Positions 27,026 to 32,000 of a DNA stretch of 32,000 nucleotides are shown here, piece after piece; position 1 is the stretch's first letter, and each line of letters opens with the position of its first letter. The stretch covers positions 30,001 through 62,000 of the forward strand of contig NJBF01000010.1 of assembly GCA_003144275.1 (NCBI GenBank). The letters are read 5' to 3'. A program made the position numbers and the translations under genes. The notes under the pieces were generated by a model. That model was not told where the DNA came from. It worked only from the letters and a program-made list of their open reading frames with translations, and made no database searches. This stretch comes from Candidatus Heimdallarchaeota archaeon B3_Heim (GTDB lineage Archaea > Asgardarchaeota > Heimdallarchaeia > Hodarchaeales > Hodarchaeaceae).

Positions 27026-28321
27026 ATGGCAGCTGGCAAAACTGATTTATTATATATTTTTTTAGGATTGGTTCTTACTATATCTGTTTTTGCGTCTGGA
27101 ACAGGAAAAATTACCCAGATTACAACAAATGTGCAGATTCCATCAGTAGGGTTGGTTGGGACATGGATGGATGACACAGGATATAATGAAACATTTGAAA
27201 TTGTCAATGAAAATGCTACCCATTTCATATTAGATATTTATGGAAATGATACAATTCCCATTACCTCTTATGTTAGTAAAGCTGTATGGATTGATTATTC
27301 GTATCTATGGGAAGGAATTATGGGGTGGCCAGGCTGGATTAGTGTTAATGGGTTAACCATAGGAGAAAAAGTAACAGTAGGTGATTCATCCTTTGAAGTT
27401 GTTAGCGTAGATTACCTCACCACCCCGTTAGGCACATATTCAGTTTATATAGTTAATGCAACGGACGGTCGTTCTTATAATTATGGCGTGAACACTGGAT
27501 TTCTGCTTGGATACCGTTCTGGTTCTAGTTTCCACTTTCTTACCGCAACCAACGGAGATTTGAGTAAGGATTCTTACCAAGGCGGTGTCCACGTTCCTTT
27601 TGTGGGTTTTCGTGCTGTTTATCTACTGGATGGAGGTGTCAATGAAACTGTCGTGATTACAGGGGAGAATTCTTCCCATTATTTCGTAGATCTGTTTACT
27701 GATGGGATTCTCATTGATCAGTCCTTTATTTCTAAATTCATTTGGATGGATCGAGTGTATCTATGGAATGGAATTATGGGGTGGCCTATTTGGATCAATG
27801 TCACGGATTTAACTCTCGGTCAAAATGTAACACTCGGTATAGAAAGCTATGAGGTTATCGATAAGACTAGCCTTACGGTACCGGTTGGTGATTTTGTAGT
27901 GTGGAATATATCAAGAACACTAGAAAATAGGACGTATTGGTATGAAGTTAGCTCCGGCCTTCTTATTGCCTATGCCTTCCCTAATGAATATCACTACCTT
28001 GCTGCTACTAATGCAGTTAATGAAACAGAATCTACAACCACTGAACCGCTAACTACTACATCTCCTCCTACAACTACTACACCGGGAACAGAAACTACAA
28101 CCACTGAACCTGAAACGACAGAACCACTAATCAGTTCTACTACGACTGCCTCCTCGGAAGATTCTACGAGTGATGAATCTGAAACTACCACTTCAGAAAG
28201 TGATTCATCCATAACAAACGATTCCACTGTTCCTTCACTCTCACCAGGCTTTTCTCTTCCTGTAGGACTAATAACTATCGGGATAATATTTCGGATAATT
28301 AGGAATCGTAAAAAGAAATAA
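27026..28321 (+). CDS. Surface glycoprotein with two tandem homologous domains, Thr/Ser/Glu-rich stalk and PGF-CTERM-like anchor
   Basis: Signal peptide; duplicated domain of about 150 aa (LWEGIMGWP/LWNGIMGWP); many N-x-S/T sequons; LSPGFSLPVGLITIGIIFRIIRNRKKK. Confidence 0.8.
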   Translation: MAAGKTDLLYIFLGLVLTISVFASGTGKITQITTNVQIPSVGLVGTWMDDTGYNETFEIVNENATHFILDIYGNDTIPITSYVSKAVWIDYSYLWEGIMGWPGWISVNGLTIGEKVTVGDSSFEVVSVDYLTTPLGTYSVYIVNATDGRSYNYGVNTGFLLGYRSGSSFHFLTATNGDLSKDSYQGGVHVPFVGFRAVYLLDGGVNETVVITGENSSHYFVDLFTDGILIDQSFISKFIWMDRVYLWNGIMGWPIWINVTDLTLGQNVTLGIESYEVIDKTSLTVPVGDFVVWNISRTLENRTYWYEVSSGLLIAYAFPNEYHYLAATNAVNETESTTTEPLTTTSPPTTTTPGTETTTTEPETTEPLISSTTTASSEDSTSDESETTTSESDSSITNDSTVPSLSPGFSLPVGLITIGIIFRIIRNRKKK

Positions 28322-28322
28322 A

Positions 28323-28348
28323 TTTCTTTCTCTTCTTTTTTTTTGTTT
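28323..28348 (+). terminator. Oligo-T terminator
   Basis: TTTCTTTCTCTTCTTTTTTTTTGTTT immediately after the stop, between convergent genes. Confidence 0.5.
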
Positions 28349-28368
28349 CCCCAAGTAAATAGAGGGAA

Positions 28369-28950
28369 TTAATTAATAGCTTGAAAATCTACATCAATCT
28401 TCGAGTTTAATATACTGATTTGTAATTGTGAGTTCTTTGTTTGCTGCACACGCCAAATAGGGTGCTGAGAAAGCAAGCTTCTTTCTACAAATGTTTGATT
28501 CATTCTATTTAACGTGACTCCAATTAGCTTCACATTCGTTGAATCCGAAAATGCTTTAGTTTTTAATTTTCTCTTTATATAGTGATTTAGATGAAACCAA
28601 TAAATTTTAGTTGAGGGTAAAGATCGTGCAAGTTTCATTAATTTTGATAATTTTACTTTCTTACATTCTATCCAAATGTCAATCTCAGGTTTCATTTCGT
28701 GGGGAATTTCTGGATTTCTGAAAGCCACCAAATCAGGTTTAAATCTTCGATATCGAAACTTAGGCTCTATAATGAGTTTTCTATTCATCTTGTAGAAATA
28801 GAGATAGGCGAGGAGTTTAAGGGTAATGTGTAAGGTTGATTCAGTTTTTTTCTTTATTAAAATCACAGTTTGTCGATTAACACATCCATTATCTAGAGAA
28901 TACTCAATCTTCAAGTTGATTTTTAAGGGAATGGGCACTACATTTTCCAC
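28369..28950 (-). CDS. YaeQ-like PD-(D/E)xK-fold protein
   Basis: KKKTESTLHITLKLLAY...FKPDLVAF...IWIECKKV resembles YaeQ (ET.ER...RLLA...PDL...WIE). Confidence 0.6.
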   Translation of the reverse strand: MENVVPIPLKINLKIEYSLDNGCVNRQTVILIKKKTESTLHITLKLLAYLYFYKMNRKLIIEPKFRYRRFKPDLVAFRNPEIPHEMKPEIDIWIECKKVKLSKLMKLARSLPSTKIYWFHLNHYIKRKLKTKAFSDSTNVKLIGVTLNRMNQTFVERSLLSQHPIWRVQQTKNSQLQISILNSKIDVDFQAIN

Positions 28951-28985
28951 GCAATCAGTCTTATTTGGTTGATAAACTTAGGTTG

Positions 28986-29855
28986 TCAAGAAACTATTCC
29001 AAATATTTCCTTGATAATCTTAGCTGCAGCATATCCAGTAATACCAGATTTATCATGTTTAGGGTTAATTTCGACTATATCAAAGAATTTAATTGGTAAT
29101 CCTGCTAATTCATGTATTAAGTCTACAACATTGGAAGTTGATAGTCCCGCTGGTTCAGGATTTCCTACACCGGGAGCATATGCAGGATCAAGAACATCTA
29201 AATCGATGGAAAGGTAAATTTGATCTAAATGGCCCGTTCTTTCCTTAATTTTTTTCTCCAAATTCTCTATTCCAAGGCGAAGGACTTCCTTTCTTGTGAC
29301 AATTAAAATTCCTTTTTCGTTTGCAAAATCAATTTGTTCTTTTGTTGCAGCTCTAATGCCAACTTGAACAATATTTTGAGATTTAATCTCCGTATACTCT
29401 AAAACTCTTCGTAATACACATGCATGGGAATATTTGCTACCTTCATAGGTATCATAAAGATCAGGATGAGCATCAAAGTAAATTATACCCGTATTTTTTG
29501 GGTTTATTGCATGTAAGCAAAGATAAGTGATTAAGTGGTCACCCCCTAAGAACATTATTGGTTCTTCGGTCCTATGTTTTTCTATCTGGTCACTAATACT
29601 GCTGATGATCTCGCTAAAATTCTTATCTTTTGTGTCTATGTTTCCAAGATCATTAATTTTCCATCGTTGGGATAATTCAATTCCTGTCTCTGTAAAAGTG
29701 TTGTAAATCTTTGATGATGTAGCGTTTCTAATATAATTCGGACCTTGTATAGCACCAAATCTGTAAGAGGATGACTTATCCCATGAAATTCCAAGAACAA
29801 GAAGATCTCGCGCTTCTTTGTTAATATTTGTAGTTAAACTGAAAAAATCACTCAT
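28986..29855 (-). CDS. speB: Agmatinase (ureohydrolase family)
   Basis: GAIQGPNYIR, LGGDHLIT, FDAHPDL, QVGIRA, SIDLDVLDPAYAPGVGNPEPAGL, DIVEINP. Confidence 0.9.
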   Translation of the reverse strand: MSDFFSLTTNINKEARDLLVLGISWDKSSSYRFGAIQGPNYIRNATSSKIYNTFTETGIELSQRWKINDLGNIDTKDKNFSEIISSISDQIEKHRTEEPIMFLGGDHLITYLCLHAINPKNTGIIYFDAHPDLYDTYEGSKYSHACVLRRVLEYTEIKSQNIVQVGIRAATKEQIDFANEKGILIVTRKEVLRLGIENLEKKIKERTGHLDQIYLSIDLDVLDPAYAPGVGNPEPAGLSTSNVVDLIHELAGLPIKFFDIVEINPKHDKSGITGYAAAKIIKEIFGIVS

Positions 29856-30065
29856 AGGTTCACCTACTTGTGCTTAAACAAATTCTGACTTCACTATAGA
29901 TGTCATTAAGAAGATTATCTAGATTCTATTTATTTACCTCTAATGAGTAATAATCCACTATACTGGTGTAGGTAGAATTAGTGGTTGAGGGATAATGGCA
30001 ACCGTGGGAGACTAATATTATGAAGAAACCTATACTGAATTCTCTGTATTAACAGGTGCAACAGG

Positions 30066-30647
30066 TTGAGTAAGAAGAAACAACGATGTGAATGGGCGGG
30101 TGAGGAACCACAAATGCGAAATTATCATGATGAGGAGTGGGGAGTACCAGTTCATGATGATCGAGAGCTATTTGAATTGTTAATTTTAGAAGGAGCACAG
30201 GCTGGTTTGAGCTGGGCTACTATCTTAAAACGACGAGAAGGTTATCGTAAAGCTTTCGTGAATTTTGACATTAATAAAGTAGCTCAATTTTCAGACAAAG
30301 ATTTCGATCATTTAATTGTGAATGAAGCTATTATACGTAATAAATTGAAGGTCAAGAGCGCAATAAATAATGCACAGAGATTCATTGAAGTACAAAACGA
30401 ATTTGGTTCATTTAACAAATATATCTGGTCGTTTATTGATCATAAACCCATCCATAACCAATTTGTTTCGCTTTCCGAAATCCCAGCATCAACACCTCTT
30501 TCAGTAAGAATAAGCAAGGATCTGAAAAAACGTGGTTTTAATTTTATTGGTCCGACGATCTGTTATGCGTATATGCAATCCATAGGTATGGTTAATGACC
30601 ACGTAGTAAATTGTTTTCGATATAACACCATTAAGAATATGGAATGA
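30066..30647 (+). CDS. tag: DNA-3-methyladenine glycosylase I
   Basis: RCEWAG...YHDEEWG, LILEGAQAGLSWATIL, IIRNKLK, YAYMQSIGMVNDHVVNC; TTG start. Confidence 0.93.
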   Translation: MSKKKQRCEWAGEEPQMRNYHDEEWGVPVHDDRELFELLILEGAQAGLSWATILKRREGYRKAFVNFDINKVAQFSDKDFDHLIVNEAIIRNKLKVKSAINNAQRFIEVQNEFGSFNKYIWSFIDHKPIHNQFVSLSEIPASTPLSVRISKDLKKRGFNFIGPTICYAYMQSIGMVNDHVVNCFRYNTIKNME

Positions 30648-30759
30648 AGTTTTTGGCGATTGTTATGTTGCTTGATTAGATTTCTTATATATTTCCACTA
30701 ATTAATCAGACTGACGAACAATTTTAAAACCTAACAAGTTTTTCAAGAATTGTTTCATT

Positions 30760-32000
30760 ATGTCTTTAGTTTACATGAAAGTATTGGAGAAAGATCCAAA
30801 GACATACGATTGGGAGTTTAAAAAGAGATTCCCTGAAGTTGAACATATTTATGAGTTGATAAAGACCAGAATTGGGGAACAGGGACGTGTTCTTGAAATT
30901 GGGAGTGGAACAGGACGATTAGCGATTGATATAGCTAAACAGGGGTTAGAAGTAACTGCAATTGATGTTTCTGAAGAGATGATCAACCATGCAAGAATAA
31001 CTGCGGGAAAAGAGAATATAGACTTGGAGTTCATCATTGGTAACTTCCTTGCTCTTCCTATATTCGAACAACTTCAAGAATCTGGATCATTTGATTTCAT
31101 TATCTCCACATTTGCTTTATCTGAAATGTCTCCTCTTCAACAAACATTATTCCTGAAACAAATATCCCTTTTACTAAAACAGGAAGGAATTTGCTTTCTG
31201 GTTACCGATACCGCCCCTAGTTCAGGAATATCCAAGATAGGTTTTTCGATTAGAAATTTTATTCGTGCGCAAGTTTCGATTTTTAAGGACATCCCCTCCA
31301 CAAACCCTGTAAAGAAAGTAGAGACTAAAATCGATCCCTTTTTTGAAAGTACACTTCAATTTCAAAAGAAAACAATCAAGTTATTCGAAATCACTAAGAA
31401 AGTTGAAGACTCAGCCATATCTGAAGAGCTTCCATCCGTTAAAGCTATTTTAGGATCATATTCACAATTAAAAACTGCTTATTGTATCGTCAATGGAATA
31501 TTGACAAGAAAGAGCGTACCTCCTGGCTTATATCGGATTGGGAATCCACGAAGAAATTCACCAGTTCTGGTAACTGCAAATTACTATTGGACGGTAGATT
31601 CTGTATTTAAACTTCTTCACAAGGAGACTATTGATTGCTTTCTATTAATAGTAGATTCAAATGGAATAAATGTGTGGTGTGCTGCAGGGGGAGGCCATTT
31701 TACACATACACAAATATTAGACGCAATTAGGTTATTTGATGTCAAAGAAATGATTGATCATTCTACCATAATATTACCTCAATTATCAGCAACAGGAGTA
31801 GATCGAAAGGAATTGTCTAAAGCAGGTTGGAAACCAGTTTTTGGCCCCGTAGATATCAAAAATGTTAATACATTTCTAGAATCATTCACAAAAAAATCTA
31901 AAACAGCGATGGTTGAGTTTAACTTAGCATTTAGAACTCTAATGGGAATACAACATGCGTTCTTTATTAGTTGTGTTCTTTTCCTCCCTTTGTTACTGAT
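30760..32000 (+). CDS. Class I SAM methyltransferase fused to an HgcA-like (CdhD-family) corrinoid-binding domain; runs off the window end
   Basis: Translated by hand with no stop from ATG 30760: MSLVYMKVLE..., VLEIGSGTG, FDFIISTFALSEM, then PGLYRIGNP...SPVLVTANYYWT...GINVWCAAGGG...LPQLSATGV...FGPVD, then a hydrophobic segment. Absent from the supplied ORF track. Confidence 0.88.
   Translation, partial: MSLVYMKVLEKDPKTYDWEFKKRFPEVEHIYELIKTRIGEQGRVLEIGSGTGRLAIDIAKQGLEVTAIDVSEEMINHARITAGKENIDLEFIIGNFLALPIFEQLQESGSFDFIISTFALSEMSPLQQTLFLKQISLLLKQEGICFLVTDTAPSSGISKIGFSIRNFIRAQVSIFKDIPSTNPVKKVETKIDPFFESTLQFQKKTIKLFEITKKVEDSAISEELPSVKAILGSYSQLKTAYCIVNGILTRKSVPPGLYRIGNPRRNSPVLVTANYYWTVDSVFKLLHKETIDCFLLIVDSNGINVWCAAGGGHFTHTQILDAIRLFDVKEMIDHSTIILPQLSATGVDRKELSKAGWKPVFGPVDIKNVNTFLESFTKKSKTAMVEFNLAFRTLMGIQHAFFISCVLFLPLLL

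Noticed and set aside
30849-31037. 62-aa minus-strand ORF
   Set aside because: Antisense to the methyltransferase-HgcA-like ORF that starts at 30760.
1-32000. CRISPR array, rRNA, transposase or integrase
   Set aside because: No regularly spaced repeats, rRNA-like segments or recombinase motifs were seen.

Overview
Archaeal chromosomal window, AT-rich, most consistent with an Asgard archaeon (Heimdallarchaeia/Hodarchaeales-like; inferred from gene content, not from a search). 5-6775 is a eukaryote-like ESCRT locus: a steadiness-box protein, Vps28, Vps22, two ESCRT-III proteins, Vps4 and Vps25. Embedded in it on the opposite strand is an uncharacterised FYVE-like Zn-finger/coiled-coil/PH-like/steadiness-box-like protein. 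Next come rps2, rpoN, an intron-containing tRNA with a Gln-type body and an ambiguous anticodon (CUA or CUG), RimK, a RadA paralogue, a PAC2 protein, two MFS transporters and TFB. The rest is accessory: MBL hydrolase, DUF998, GNAT, a DUF1257-DUF2997-Ycf46 AAA operon with a palindromic operator and a small RHH-like ORF, two PGF-CTERM-like surface proteins (one split by an in-frame TAA), DUF4037, an LDH/MDH-intermediate dehydrogenase, YaeQ-like, agmatinase and Tag. An ORF missing from the supplied track starts at 30760 and runs off the window end; it fuses a SAM methyltransferase to an HgcA-like corrinoid domain. All family calls come from motif recognition by eye; no database searches were run.
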